The position numbers and the translations under genes were made by a program. 64,000 nucleotides of DNA from Polyangiaceae bacterium (GTDB lineage: Bacteria > Myxococcota_A > Polyangia > Polyangiales > Polyangiaceae), in the NCBI GenBank assembly GCA_965222375.1, contig CBDCTZ010000015.1, forward strand, positions 1,120,001-1,184,000. The letters run 5' to 3'. This document shows, piece by piece, positions 41,898 to 52,600 of the stretch (positions within the stretch are counted from its first letter, which is position 1; each line of letters starts with the position of its first letter). The notes under the pieces are model-generated. The model saw only the letters and a list, made by a program, of their open reading frames with translations, was not told the origin of the DNA and searched no databases.

Positions 41898-42671
41898 CTA
41901 AGTGGCACCGGGCAGCGTGAGGATCACGCCAGTCATGGCGCCGCCTATGGCTTCCGTCGTTCGCTTCGGCACATCGATGTGCACTTCGTTGATGAGTTCG
42001 ACGATGTCGCTCAAGACCACGTTGTAGCCGAAGGCCACGCTTCCATGTTCGATGGGCCCTCGTTTGCGGGACGCGGGCTCTTGCCACACGGCGTCGTACT
42101 CGACAAACAGCATGTGCCCAGAATCGACTGTGAGGTACACGCCAAGCTCGACCTCCAAGGCGTGGCTCGAGCCACGCTCTACAGCGGGTGCCGGCGTGAG
42201 ACCGTAGTGGGGCAAAGCTGCCCGCAGGTACGCGCCGGCGCAACTCTGGTCGGCCGTCGCGTCGAGGTTGAGCTCGAGCGCTGGCGTCAACGAAACTTCG
42301 CTGTTGCGATCACCACCGGACCACACATCCATGAACAGATCGAAGTCGAAGTGGTCGCCATCGACCGGCGTGGCGAACGCGCCCCAGTAGTACTCCGCAC
42401 CCGCATCACGTAGGTCTGCGTCGAAACTCTTGGTCGCACCCACGTACAGGGAAACGCGGTCAACGACTCCATAGCCGAGCATCGCGTCGAGGTAACCGGT
42501 CCGGTCCTTTCGTGGACCGCCGATTCCATCCGCGCCGACATAGGCATCCACATCGACGGCGCCGGTGTCCCAAGTCTCGACCGTGTCCGCTGCCCAGGCG
42601 GGGCCAGCCCACGAAAGCAGAGCCGCCACGAGGGCTCCCAAAAGCCGGATTTTCCCAGGCAGGACCCACAT
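41898..42671 (-). CDS. Exported protein, probable outer-membrane beta-barrel
   Basis: Signal peptide ending AWA; alternating aromatic beta strands. Confidence 0.65.
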   Translation of the reverse strand: MWVLPGKIRLLGALVAALLSWAGPAWAADTVETWDTGAVDVDAYVGADGIGGPRKDRTGYLDAMLGYGVVDRVSLYVGATKSFDADLRDAGAEYYWGAFATPVDGDHFDFDLFMDVWSGGDRNSEVSLTPALELNLDATADQSCAGAYLRAALPHYGLTPAPAVERGSSHALEVELGVYLTVDSGHMLFVEYDAVWQEPASRKRGPIEHGSVAFGYNVVLSDIVELINEVHIDVPKRTTEAIGGAMTGVILTLPGAT

Positions 42672-42679
42672 CCGATCTC

Positions 42680-42708
42680 TTATTGAGAATGACTTTCACT
42701 ATCAATAA
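42680..42708. promoter_or_regulatory. Fur-box-like operator upstream of 41898..42671
   Basis: TTATTGA...TCAATAA dyad enclosing GAGAATGACTTTCACTATC (14/19 to GATAATGATAATCATTATC). Confidence 0.7.
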
Positions 42709-42742
42709 CATGACAGGAGTCACTATTCCTGGGATTTTTGAG

Positions 42743-42834
42743 GTCGCATCCCTGCGGCAGGCTGGGTCACGGAGAAGAAAATGGTCGGGGCGAGAGGATT
42801 CGAACGTCGCATCCCTGCGGCAGGCTGGGTCACG
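42743..42834. repeat. Two identical 29-bp direct repeats around a 34-bp spacer
   Basis: GTCGCATCCCTGCGGCAGGCTGGGTCACG at 42743-42771 and 42806-42834. Confidence 0.95.
42782..42805 (-). other. 3' fragment of tRNA-Pro (T-loop to CCA), att-like; not an intact tRNA
   Basis: Minus strand GTTCGAATCCTCTCGCCCCGACCA; the 5' half of the tRNA is absent. Confidence 0.8.
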
Positions 42835-42910
42835 ACTCCAGCAACTCCCCACGCCGCCGCGCTGAACGTGGACGCCCGAGATGACTGCTCCTCTCCACGC
42901 CGTGGCGCGC

Positions 42911-43135
42911 CGCGCGGGCGCACGAGCTCAGACCGCCCGACCTCCCGCGCACCGCGCGGCGCACGAGCTCAGACCGCCAAGCTCCCGCGCACCGCGCGGC
43001 GCACGAGCTCAGACCGCCAAGCTCCCGCGCACCGCGCGGGCGCACGAGCTCAGACCGCCCGACCTCCCGCGCACCGCGCGGCGCACGAGCTCAGACCGCC
43101 CGCCCAAGCTCCCGCGCTCCGGGCGGGCGCACGAG
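42911..43135. repeat. Non-coding tandem array of 40-45-bp units (5 full plus 1 partial)
   Basis: Core gcgcacgagctcagaccgcc; variants in order A-B-B-A-B'. Confidence 0.93.
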
Positions 43136-43235
43136 ATTAGTGCGCGAGCGACGCCCCAGTGCACCGACCCCAAACCCAACCCCTCCGACTGCACCGTCTG
43201 AGAGTTCGGATACCAACTCTCCGCTCCGGGCAGCT

Positions 43236-43880
43236 TCAGCCTGCTCCGGCGTAGGGCTGGGCGTCGGGGTGCGCAGGGCCCCAAGCATCCAGTTTCATGA
43301 GCGACGCCTCGGATCGCAACAGGGTTGGTAGGGACGAGAGGTCCATACCGAAGCGGCGAGCGTTGTAGAGCTGCGGCGCAAGAAACACGTCGGCGGCCGT
43401 CGCGCTGTCGCCCACTAGGAACGCGCCTGCATCCGCGCTTGCCGCACGCTCCATGGCTCGGAGCCCACGCGCGATGTGATCGTTGGCCCACTCCTTCTCG
43501 TCGCCGCCGAGTCTACGCACGCCTTTGAGCACACGAAGGTTCTGTGCCGGTTGAATGCCCGCGTTGACTACCTCGACGAGCTGGCGCACTTGGTACTTGG
43601 CCATCGCGTCGCCCGGGTACAGCGCTGGTGATGGCTGCAGCTCTTCCAGGAACTCGATGATGGCGGCGGACTGCGTCAGACGCACCAGTTTGCCCTGATG
43701 CTCCAGCTCCAAGACGGGCACCTGGCGCAATGGGTTCTTGGCGTCGAAATCGTCGGCGTTCTGTTCGCCGTCGCCGCTCAGCAGATCGATGGGAACAATC
43801 TCGTAACTGAGACCTTTGAGGCCCAACGCCAAGCGCACGCGCCAGGAGCAACTCGACCTCCAGAAGCTGTACAGTTTCAT
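43236..43880 (-). CDS. maiA: Maleylacetoacetate isomerase (GST zeta)
   Basis: MKLYSFWRSSCSWRVRLAL, GIQPAQNL, PQLYNARRF, AHPDAQP. Confidence 0.95.
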   Translation of the reverse strand: MKLYSFWRSSCSWRVRLALGLKGLSYEIVPIDLLSGDGEQNADDFDAKNPLRQVPVLELEHQGKLVRLTQSAAIIEFLEELQPSPALYPGDAMAKYQVRQLVEVVNAGIQPAQNLRVLKGVRRLGGDEKEWANDHIARGLRAMERAASADAGAFLVGDSATAADVFLAPQLYNARRFGMDLSSLPTLLRSEASLMKLDAWGPAHPDAQPYAGAG

Positions 43881-43928
43881 GATCGCCCCGAGGCGTAGGG
43901 CATCGAGAGCGCGATCGCTAGTGGGCGA

Positions 43929-44741
43929 CTACAGGCCCAGCGAAGCGTCTAGAAGATCGAGGAACGACTCGATCTTGGGCTCGCTGCGAGAGCTGAAGGC
44001 AGCCGGCGCAGCATCCGGGGCCACGGGCGGGCGGGCAGTGACTTCGGGTTCGATGGGTGCAGGAGGCGCTGGTGGTGCCGGCGGCGGCGGGCGCTCGTCG
44101 GCGATTTCGATGACCCCGGAGGCTTCTTCCAGATCCACGGTAGCGCCGAGTTGCTCCTGCGTGGGCACCTCGAGCTTGCCGGGATCGGCGGCCAGCAGGT
44201 CGTCCACGCCGTCTCTCGCAATGCCTTCCGGCACCGGGGGAGCGCCCAGGCCCTGTACGGGCGGGGCTTCCTGCGGGCCCGATTCCGGTGGCGGCGTCTT
44301 CAGGGGGATCTCGCGGCCCTCGATGTCCAGCTGATCCGCTGCACCCGCGAGGGCCTCGCTCATGCTCGCGGCAGCTTTGGGACGCCGCGAAGACGCCGGC
44401 GGCTCTTCTTCTTCGATGGCGACGGGAGGCGGCTCGTCCGTGATGTCTACAACGTCCGCGTCCAACAGCTCCAGATCTTCGATGGACTCGGCGCCCATTT
44501 CTATTTCCGGCGCCTCTCCGTCGGCTTCGACGGTGGCAGCTGCGACGGGCACTGGCTCAACCGCGGCCCGTGAGGCTACAGGCTCGACGACGGCTTCCTC
44601 GATGGTCACTTCCTCGTCGTCGACGATGTCATCGCTGACAACGACCTTAGCCTCGGCGGCTCGCGCGGGCCTCGGCAGCGCAGCATTGCGCTGCACTCGG
44701 GCCAAAAGACCCTGCAGTTTGGCGATCTTCTCTGCGCTCAT
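43929..44741 (-). CDS. Acidic Pro/Glu-rich hypothetical protein
   Basis: Overlaps the upstream stop; ends SFLDLLDASLGL. Confidence 0.75.
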   Translation of the reverse strand: MSAEKIAKLQGLLARVQRNAALPRPARAAEAKVVVSDDIVDDEEVTIEEAVVEPVASRAAVEPVPVAAATVEADGEAPEIEMGAESIEDLELLDADVVDITDEPPPVAIEEEEPPASSRRPKAAASMSEALAGAADQLDIEGREIPLKTPPPESGPQEAPPVQGLGAPPVPEGIARDGVDDLLAADPGKLEVPTQEQLGATVDLEEASGVIEIADERPPPPAPPAPPAPIEPEVTARPPVAPDAAPAAFSSRSEPKIESFLDLLDASLGL

Positions 44742-45289
44742 GCGTTCCCCGCCTGTAGCCGCACGACGACATCCGCCCACGCGACCCCTTCGCTCAGCCA
44801 CGCGCTGGCCTTGCCCGCCGTTCCGGCACTGAGTGCGACAAAGCGGGCCACACCATCCGCGCGGGTCAAGAATACGACTCGCACGTCTCGCCCAGCACCT
44901 CGCTGCAGCGCTCCCTCCAAGACGGCGCTGACAAGAGCGTCACCGGCTTCACCCAGTGGGCTGCCTTCGATGGTGAAGACGAGGGCTCGACCCCAGCGTT
45001 CGACGCCCAGATTGCCCAAGCCGAGAAGCGCAATATCGCCGCCGAAATGCTCGACGACGCCCTCGATGGACGCGCCCTTGAAGCCGTCTCCCAAGCGGGA
45101 AGCGACCCGCCGGCCCACCTCGGTGCCTATGCTGCGCCCGAAGTCTTTGACCGACTCTTCGCCGGCCGCTTTGCACAGCGCCAGCAGGGCTTGCGGTGGC
45201 ACGAGCATACGCGCGCCCTCCAGGTCAATTTGCCCGGCCGCTAGATTGAACTTTACAGCGTGAGAGGGGTCGAAACGCGTCGTGCTCAT
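44738..45289 (-). CDS. V4R-like ligand-binding fold protein
   Basis: RMLVPPQALLAL...FGRSIG...LLGLGNL pattern. Confidence 0.6.
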   Translation of the reverse strand: MSTTRFDPSHAVKFNLAAGQIDLEGARMLVPPQALLALCKAAGEESVKDFGRSIGTEVGRRVASRLGDGFKGASIEGVVEHFGGDIALLGLGNLGVERWGRALVFTIEGSPLGEAGDALVSAVLEGALQRGAGRDVRVVFLTRADGVARFVALSAGTAGKASAWLSEGVAWADVVVRLQAGNA

Positions 45290-45380
45290 GGCGACTTCCG
45301 AGCCGGGCTGCCAGTATAGGGCCCCCGTGCGCTACCCTGTCAAATACGTAGGGCTTTTCCGCGGGCATGGTCCGCACGCG

Positions 45381-46736
45381 GTGCGATTTTGGCTCATTGC
45401 AGCGATAATACTGATCGCTTTGTCAGCTACCGGGCAAACAAAGCGCGACCCTTCCCTGCTCCAAGGAGGGGCGGTCGACCTGAAGCTTCCCCCGGTAGAG
45501 ACGGATCCCTGGTTGCCCGTAGGGGCCGAGGTGCGGGCTTCGACGCCCCGCCCTGAAGTGGCTGGGCGCGCGTGCTCAGAGCGCGCCCCTGTGTGTGTGC
45601 ACTGGGGCGAGGAGCGCACCGCCGACGCCCCGGAGGCCCTCGCCGCCCTCGCCGACGCCTACACCAAGCTGATCTATGCCCTGGGACTGCCAGCGCCCCT
45701 GACGGATTGGGCTGAGGGTGGAAACGATTGGCTCGACCTGTACTTGGCAGGCGAAAGAGACGAGGGATTGCAGGTCCATCCCGCTGCCACCCGCCTGTCT
45801 CTCTTCGATAGTTCCGCTGCCTATTGCAGCACTGGCGCTGCGGGCAACTGGGCGCGCCAAGCCACGCTATGCGTCGCTGAGGCCATCGCATGGCGCATCA
45901 ACCCAGCTACTGCGCCGCACATCAAGCGCGCCTACGCGACCCACGCCTGGCTCTGCGTGGGCCACCCCACGAACGCTGATCTGGAGCAGCTGGACGATCT
46001 GCAAGCGAACCCGCAGCTGGGCGTGGCGACCCGAGAACTCAACGGGATCTCCGAGGGGTCTGCGATCTGGTTCGAGTATCTGGATCACAGGCTCGGGCAG
46101 GGCGCGCCGCTATCGGTATCGACTGCAATGCTCTCGCAATCTGCCACCCAAACCCACCCGTCCAGCCTGGAGTGGAACGCGGAGCCCGACGTATTCGACG
46201 TGCTGCGCAGCACCTTGGAGAACAAGCCCCGCAAGGTCGCCGAACTGCTACTGGGCTTTGGCGTCGCTCGAGCGTTCTTGGGCAGCCGGGACGACGGCAG
46301 CCATTTGCCGACCCTGGGCTGGGCGGGACAGTTCGGATCCGCGCGGGTAGACTGGTCGCTGAAGTTCTCATCGCTGCCTCGGCGCGTCGGAGTCTTGCGC
46401 CCGCTTTCGCCCACGGGCAGCGTGTACGTGTGGCTCAGCTTGGATCAGGTCCCAGCAGGGAAAACCCTGGGCTTTCGGGCACGCTGGGAACGCCCAGCCG
46501 CCTTTCATTGGGCGCTGGTGCGAGTGGACAAGCACGGTCGGGAAATCGGCCGGATGCTGGCACCGTTCACCGAGCGCGGCAGCGAGGCCGAACAGACTTT
46601 GGTGAATCTGGAGAATGTGGCAGGAGTGCTCGTTGTTGGCACCAGCCTGGGCGGCGTGGACCCAAGGCACCCGTTTGACCCGGACGTCGCACCCCATGAG
46701 CCCCACGGCTGCACCGTCTACCTCACCGCCCTTTGA
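45381..46736 (+). CDS. Exported hypothetical protein, possibly metalloprotease-like
   Basis: Long ORF with signal-like VRFWLIAAIILIALSA; start inferred. Confidence 0.65.
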   Translation: MRFWLIAAIILIALSATGQTKRDPSLLQGGAVDLKLPPVETDPWLPVGAEVRASTPRPEVAGRACSERAPVCVHWGEERTADAPEALAALADAYTKLIYALGLPAPLTDWAEGGNDWLDLYLAGERDEGLQVHPAATRLSLFDSSAAYCSTGAAGNWARQATLCVAEAIAWRINPATAPHIKRAYATHAWLCVGHPTNADLEQLDDLQANPQLGVATRELNGISEGSAIWFEYLDHRLGQGAPLSVSTAMLSQSATQTHPSSLEWNAEPDVFDVLRSTLENKPRKVAELLLGFGVARAFLGSRDDGSHLPTLGWAGQFGSARVDWSLKFSSLPRRVGVLRPLSPTGSVYVWLSLDQVPAGKTLGFRARWERPAAFHWALVRVDKHGREIGRMLAPFTERGSEAEQTLVNLENVAGVLVVGTSLGGVDPRHPFDPDVAPHEPHGCTVYLTAL

Positions 46737-46743
46737 ACGCTAC

Positions 46744-48558
46744 GTGATCGGCGTTTGGCGCCGGAGTGCAGTGCTGTTGGTCGCTTTCGCAGCGGCCAAG
46801 ATCGCGTTGGTCGTGCTTCGCTTGGCAGACGGCGGTGGCCACACGCTGCGCAGCGCACTCTCGGTGCCGGCCTTCTTGTTTCAGGACGTCGCGGTCGTCG
46901 CGGTGTTTGCCCTGATCGATGCGGCACTGGGGCTGGCGTTGCGACATCGCCCGCGGGGGCTTCGAGGGGCCTCGGTGGCGATGGGCGTGCTGATGGCGTT
47001 CCTCGTGGTGTACGCCGCGTTCAACGTGGCGGTCGCGCGGCTGTTTTCGACGCCGCTGACGCACTCGATGCTCAGCGCGGCCGGGGGAGCACTGGCGGAT
47101 TCCATTTTCGCCTACGTGACGCTGGGCAACGTAGCCGCCATCTGCGCGGTCGCGCTGCTCGCCGCGGTGGTTTGGCTGAAAGTCAAAGCTCTGCCAGGCA
47201 AGCGGTCGATGTGGACGCTGGGACTCGTTGGTTCCGCTCTCGTTCTGGCGGGGCCGGCTGCCGCGCGCCGCATCGACACCTTGGGTATGCATCGCAATGC
47301 GCTAGCGGCGGTGGTGGTGACGACCTGGGCCGCGCGGCAACCTCCGCCGGCTAGCGCGTCCAAGCTGGAGCCACTGCCACCCTTGGGTCCCGCCCTGGAC
47401 CTGTCTCACTTGGCCGGCGCAGCTCGCGGGCGCAGCGTCATCTGGGTGATCCTGGAGTCCACCGCGGCTCGCTACTTGGGCAGCTACGGAGCCGATCCGG
47501 ACGCCGCCCCCAATCTGACCAAGCTCGCAGAGCACTCCGTGGTCTTCGAGCGGGCGTACTGCGCACAGCCCGAGAGCATCAAGGGCCTCTTTTCCATGCT
47601 CTGCGGCACGCCGCCGGGGGCCGGCACCGCAGCCGAGGACTACACCCATGCCAAAGTGCCCTGCCCCTCCATCGCGGCGGTGCTGCGGGCCAAGGGTTAC
47701 CGCACGGCGCTGTTTCACTCGGGCCGCTTTCGCTACCTGGGCATGCAAGGCGTCGTGGACGACCGCGGCTTCGACGAGCTGCACGACGCCGGCACCATCG
47801 GCGGCGAGCATGTATCCAGCTTCGGCACAGCAGATGCAGCCACGGTGCAGCGCATGCTGAAGTCCCTGGACGCGCTGGGCGCCGATGACCGCTTCTTCTT
47901 CGTCTATTCGCCGATCTCGGGGCACCACCCCTACAAGTCGCCAGGTGACGGCCCCAGGCCCTTCGAAGCGGAAACGGAGCAAGACCACTACCGCAACGAC
48001 CTGTACGCCGGGGATGACGCCCTCGGCTCTTTGATTGAAGGGGTGCGTGCACGCGGCCTCGAGGACAAGGTGCTATGGGCCATCGTCGGTGACCACGGCC
48101 AAGCCTTCGGTGAGCACGAGGGCAACTTCGCTCACACGCTGTTCTTGTACGAGGAGAACGTGCACGTGCCCATGATCTTCGCGGCACCAGGCGCGCTGGT
48201 AGGACAAGTGCGAGCGCCGCAGATCACCAGCCTGGTCGACCTCGCGCCTGCGACGCTCGCGCTCCTCGGCGTCGAGATCCCGAAGCGCATGGTGGGCCGC
48301 TCGCCGCTTTCGCCGCACCCAGGCGTCGCACGCTTCTTCACCGATCATGGCCCGGTCAAGCTCGGCCTGCGCCAGGGGCGCTACAAGTTCCTCTACGAGT
48401 CGGAACACGACCGCTCGCGACTTTTCGATCTGCAGGTGGACCCGGCTGAGCGCAACGATGTATCGGCGCAGCATCCCGAGCTGAGTGCAGCCTACGAGCG
48501 GCACCTCCGCGCGTGGCAGAACCAGGGGCGTAGCGACATCTTGAAGTATGTCCCCTGA
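46744..48558 (+). CDS. Membrane LTA-synthase/sulfatase family protein
   Basis: Five N-terminal TM helices; VIWVILES, GHHPY, VGDHGQAFGEH, LYEENVHVP. Confidence 0.88.
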   Translation: MIGVWRRSAVLLVAFAAAKIALVVLRLADGGGHTLRSALSVPAFLFQDVAVVAVFALIDAALGLALRHRPRGLRGASVAMGVLMAFLVVYAAFNVAVARLFSTPLTHSMLSAAGGALADSIFAYVTLGNVAAICAVALLAAVVWLKVKALPGKRSMWTLGLVGSALVLAGPAAARRIDTLGMHRNALAAVVVTTWAARQPPPASASKLEPLPPLGPALDLSHLAGAARGRSVIWVILESTAARYLGSYGADPDAAPNLTKLAEHSVVFERAYCAQPESIKGLFSMLCGTPPGAGTAAEDYTHAKVPCPSIAAVLRAKGYRTALFHSGRFRYLGMQGVVDDRGFDELHDAGTIGGEHVSSFGTADAATVQRMLKSLDALGADDRFFFVYSPISGHHPYKSPGDGPRPFEAETEQDHYRNDLYAGDDALGSLIEGVRARGLEDKVLWAIVGDHGQAFGEHEGNFAHTLFLYEENVHVPMIFAAPGALVGQVRAPQITSLVDLAPATLALLGVEIPKRMVGRSPLSPHPGVARFFTDHGPVKLGLRQGRYKFLYESEHDRSRLFDLQVDPAERNDVSAQHPELSAAYERHLRAWQNQGRSDILKYVP

Positions 48559-48673
48559 GGGACGCTGCGGTGCATTTGTTTTTTGGGGGTCGCGACGGTA
48601 GGGCGGCGCGGGTTCACTACTCTCGCGGTTTCATCCCGCGGTTCGCCAGCGCATGAACAAGCCTTACCGCGGC

Positions 48674-49545
48674 TCAAGGCCCGGATTCGCAGGCGGAAGG
48701 GATGTAGTCGAAGGCTCGCGCCAACCATACAGCAGCGTTTCTGCGCGTCAGCAGGTCGAGCGGGCAGAACTTTGGCTCTGCCGGGCTGCAGCCGGTCGCG
48801 ATGCATGCCTCCTGCAGTGCCTCAATCTCCTTGTGGGCCCACGTACCCGGCTTCACATCCGTAAAGGTCTGCCCCAGAGGGTTTGGCGCGGGCAACCCCC
48901 TTGCCTTCGCCACCCAAATGGCCGCCGAGTTCCTGGGGATCTGAGAGTTCGGGCGAAACTCGAGATTCGGATAGCCGGTCGCAATGCCGTTGGCAAAGGC
49001 CGTTTCGATGTACGCGTAGTACGGATGGTTCTTTGAGACGTCAATGAAGGTGGCCGTCGCAGGCGTCACGAGCGGCAGCTTCGCTACACGCACAATCCAC
49101 TTGGCCAGCGCACTGCGCGAAACGTAGCAGTTCCCACAGAAGAGCACGGGGCCAGCTTGCAGGCCTCGACAATGCCATCGGAGTGGAGCGCATTGGCGGC
49201 GTCCACTCCGAACAACCCTGGCACGAGATCCTTGAACACTTGCGATTCGGCGCCAGCAATCGGTTTTAGATCGCAACCGCATTCGGGGATGCAAGGGACA
49301 ACTTCCGGAGCGGTCGCGACCGGCGGCAGTACGTCGCTTACCGTGACGTCCGCAGGACCCGAGTCCGAGACCGCTCCGCCTACGCCCGTGTCCACAACGA
49401 CGGCGGAATCCAACGCGCCGGAATCTGCCGCGCCGGAATCTGCCGCGCCGGAATCATCCAAGGGCCGCCCTTCCTCGATTCCCGCAATGACCTGGCACGC
49501 AAGGAATGGGAGTACGAGCAACAAGACCGCTTGGCGTCTAATCAT
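48674..49545 (-). pseudogene. SLH-domain lipoprotein split by a 1-nt frameshift near 49147
   Basis: MIRRQ...PFLAC...VFKDL in one frame; LFCGNC...IATGYPNLEFRPN...LTRRNAA in another; paralogous to the SLH blocks upstream. Confidence 0.8.
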
Positions 49546-49697
49546 CGCAGCACTCGTGTGGCATGCCGGCATGGCGCCCCGCTCGTTCCAAGTTCCTTGG
49601 CGCTCATTTCTTCCTTCATGCAGTCAGACGCACCTCCCCACTCGACCACAGCGCGCTTCGGCTGCTGAATAACCAATTGAAACCTAGCACGGAAGCT

Positions 49698-52600
49698 TCA
49701 CGCTTGAATGGGATCGCGAGTTTGTTCCCTCTTCGGAACCGCATCCCGTACCCAGCGCGAGGTGAGTGGACCAACAGCACCCGGAGACCTCGAGCGCCGA
49801 CGACGGACAACCAGGCCGACGGCGATCAACAAGCCCCACCAGGCATGGGTCTCGGGGCTCGACGGTATGGCGCTCACCGAGCAAGCACCGTCGTCGGCGT
49901 CAGCAAAAGCTGCTCCGCGAGACACTCCGGGGACCTGGGGGTATTCGGTCTGCGGATCTTTCGGGTCGACGGTCAGATCCGTGCCTCCAACGAAACCGCC
50001 ACACGGAGTTTCGACCAAGCCGAAAGCCCGGGCGACAAGCACCACAGCGCCCCGGCGCGTAAGCAGCCTGTCGGGACGGAATTGTCCGTCGCCGTAGCCC
50101 TTCGCCACGCAGTTGGCATACAGCGCTTCGATGCCGTCGCTCCACCAGGAGTCCGGGGAGACATCGGTGAAGCTCTCGGGCTTGGGGCTCGGGGGCTCGA
50201 GCTTCGCGGCGCGTGCCAACACTACCGCGGCGCTACCGCGCGTCACTGGGTTGTTCGGCCGGAATTCACCATTCGGGTAGCCCGTCATGAGGCCCGCCGC
50301 CGCTGCCGTTTCCACGTACTGGTACAGCCCGGCGCTCGGAGCGAAGTCCGAAAACGTCGGCGTCTTCGGATTGACCAGCGGCAACCCCGCCCCGAGCACC
50401 GCCATCTTCGCTAGCGCCTGTCGCGACAGTTCGCAGTCGCCGCAAAACAGCTTTGGCGACGCCTGACACCCGCTCACGACGCCGGCGTCGTACAGCGCAA
50501 GCGCTTCTGGGTGGCCCCAGGTGTCGGGGGCCATGTCTTTGAAGACCTCTTGCTCCGCACCGGCTACCGGCTTCTTGCTGCACGCAAGGCCGCAGCGCGT
50601 CGTGCCCCCCGAAGACACGCAGGTTTGGCCCGACGGGCACTTGCTGATGTTCTTCAGGTCACCTTTGCTGCTGCAGCTAGCCTGGCTGCCATCCGGCAAA
50701 CAGATGTCCTTGGCGCTCGTCTTGCCCTTGTCAACGCAGAATACCGACGCGCAGCGAAGCCCCTTCGAATCGTCGACGCAACTCGCACCCACTGACGTGC
50801 ACTTCACCACACTGCAATCCTTCTGGATCAGATTGCCATCCCACGCGCACTGCGCCTTGCACGTCTGCTCGCCCTTGACGTACTTCATGTACTTGTTCCA
50901 GTCCCAACCCGGTCCTGGGTCCGTGTGGCTGGAGCAGTCCGGGGTCTCATTGTGACCAAGGATGTGTTGGCGGTCTTTTGGGATGTTGTACTTGTCGCAG
51001 AGCCACGCCGTCAGCTTGGCGCTCTCGCGGTACATGGCGTCCGTGTACCACTTACCGGGATTGTCGACGTAGCCCTCGTGTTCGATGCCGATCGAGTTCG
51101 AGTTGAAACAGGCGTCGTGGTAGGCGATGTCGCTGTCATCGACCATCTGCGTGATGCGACCATCGCTGGAGCGGACGACATAGTGCGAGGACACTTTGGC
51201 AGCAGGGTTTTTGAACCAGCTGATCGCACCCGAGTAGCTACCCTGGATCGTGTGAATGACGATGTAGTTGATCTGCCCGGCACCGCGGGAAGCTTTCGAA
51301 TAGTTGCTGGAAGCCGCCGGCGTGAAAGTGGCGCCCGGGTAGCCCAGCGGCTCCGAAACTTGCGCAATACCGTCGCCCAGCTCTGGACTCGGAGGCAGGG
51401 GCGCGACGCGAACCGCCAGACCCGCATCGTCGACTCCCTCGAAACCCCGCGACATCAGCAGGCGAACTTCTTCCACGAGTTCCGAACCACCGTACTTGGC
51501 GACAGCGTCCCACCAGGCGTCAACGCCGCCCAGGCCACTGGTTGCGCCCCGCGCCTGTAGCCACGCGCCAGCTGCAATGATGTTTGCCCGGGCGTCTTTT
51601 TGAATCGACGCTTCGCTAAGCCCAGAGAGCCGCGCGGCATCCATGAGCTGGGTGCTGCCAGCAGTTCCGATTGCCATGACGCCGATCTCGGGAGCCCCAT
51701 GAGCATGACCGTCGGTATCCCCGCCGCCTTGTGTGAAACGGGACTGAGCGTAGGCTACGGTCGCCAATAGTTCGGCCGGCACGCCGCTACGCGCCTCCGC
51801 ATCGCGAAAGTGCGCAATCAACGGCGAATCACCACTGAGAGTAGCGCGCCGTGCTTCAACGCCTTGTACCTCCGCCGCACTGCAGCCACTGATCGTGATG
51901 ACCGCGCCCAGCGCCGTTCCCGCACCGAGTGCGAGTCGGCGCGGTGAATGCTTTGAACCCGTCCAGCGTCTCCGCCCCCAAAGTGTGACGCCGAGCAGCA
52001 GTAGGCCAAGCCACGCGCCGCTGCTCTCGCGACCTGTACGACCTACAGTACAGCCACTGTCATCGGCATCTGCGAGAGCAGCACCTCGTGAGACTGCAGG
52101 GTCGTCACCAACTTCAGGGTCCTTGGTCTCGGGGTCTTTGGCCTCGGGATCTTTGCTCGGATCGATGCTCGGATCCGTGCCTCCAACGAAGCCACCACAG
52201 GGAGTTTCGACCAAGCCGAAAGCCCGGGCGACGAACACTGCAGCGCCCCGGCGCGTGAGCAGCTTGTCGGGACGGAATTTTCCGTCGCCGTAGCCCTTCG
52301 CCACGCAGTTGGCATACAGCGCTTCGATGCCGTCACTCCACCAGGAGTCCGCAGCGACATCTGTGAAGCTCTCGGGCTTGGGGCTTGGAGCCTCGAGCTT
52401 CGCCGCACGCGCCAGTACCACCGCGGCGCCGCCGCGCGTCACTGGGTCGTTCGGTCGGAATTCTCCATTCGGGTAGCCCGTCATCAGACCCGCCGCCGCC
52501 GCTGTCTCCACGTACTCATACAACCCGGCGCTCGGAGCAAAGTCCGAAAACGTCGGCTTCTTCGGGTTGACCAGCGGCAGCTCCGCTGCCAGCACCACCA

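Noticed and set aside
42782..42860. Intact tRNA-Pro gene
   Set aside because: Only the 3' 24 nt are present; there is no anticodon or D arm.
42911..43135. CRISPR array
   Set aside because: Units abut with no unique spacers; this is a tandem repeat, and no cas genes are in the window.
20231..48630. Repeat family around TTTTGGGGTCGCG (near 7430, 20231, 48580)
   Set aside because: The match is too short and the flanks do not align.
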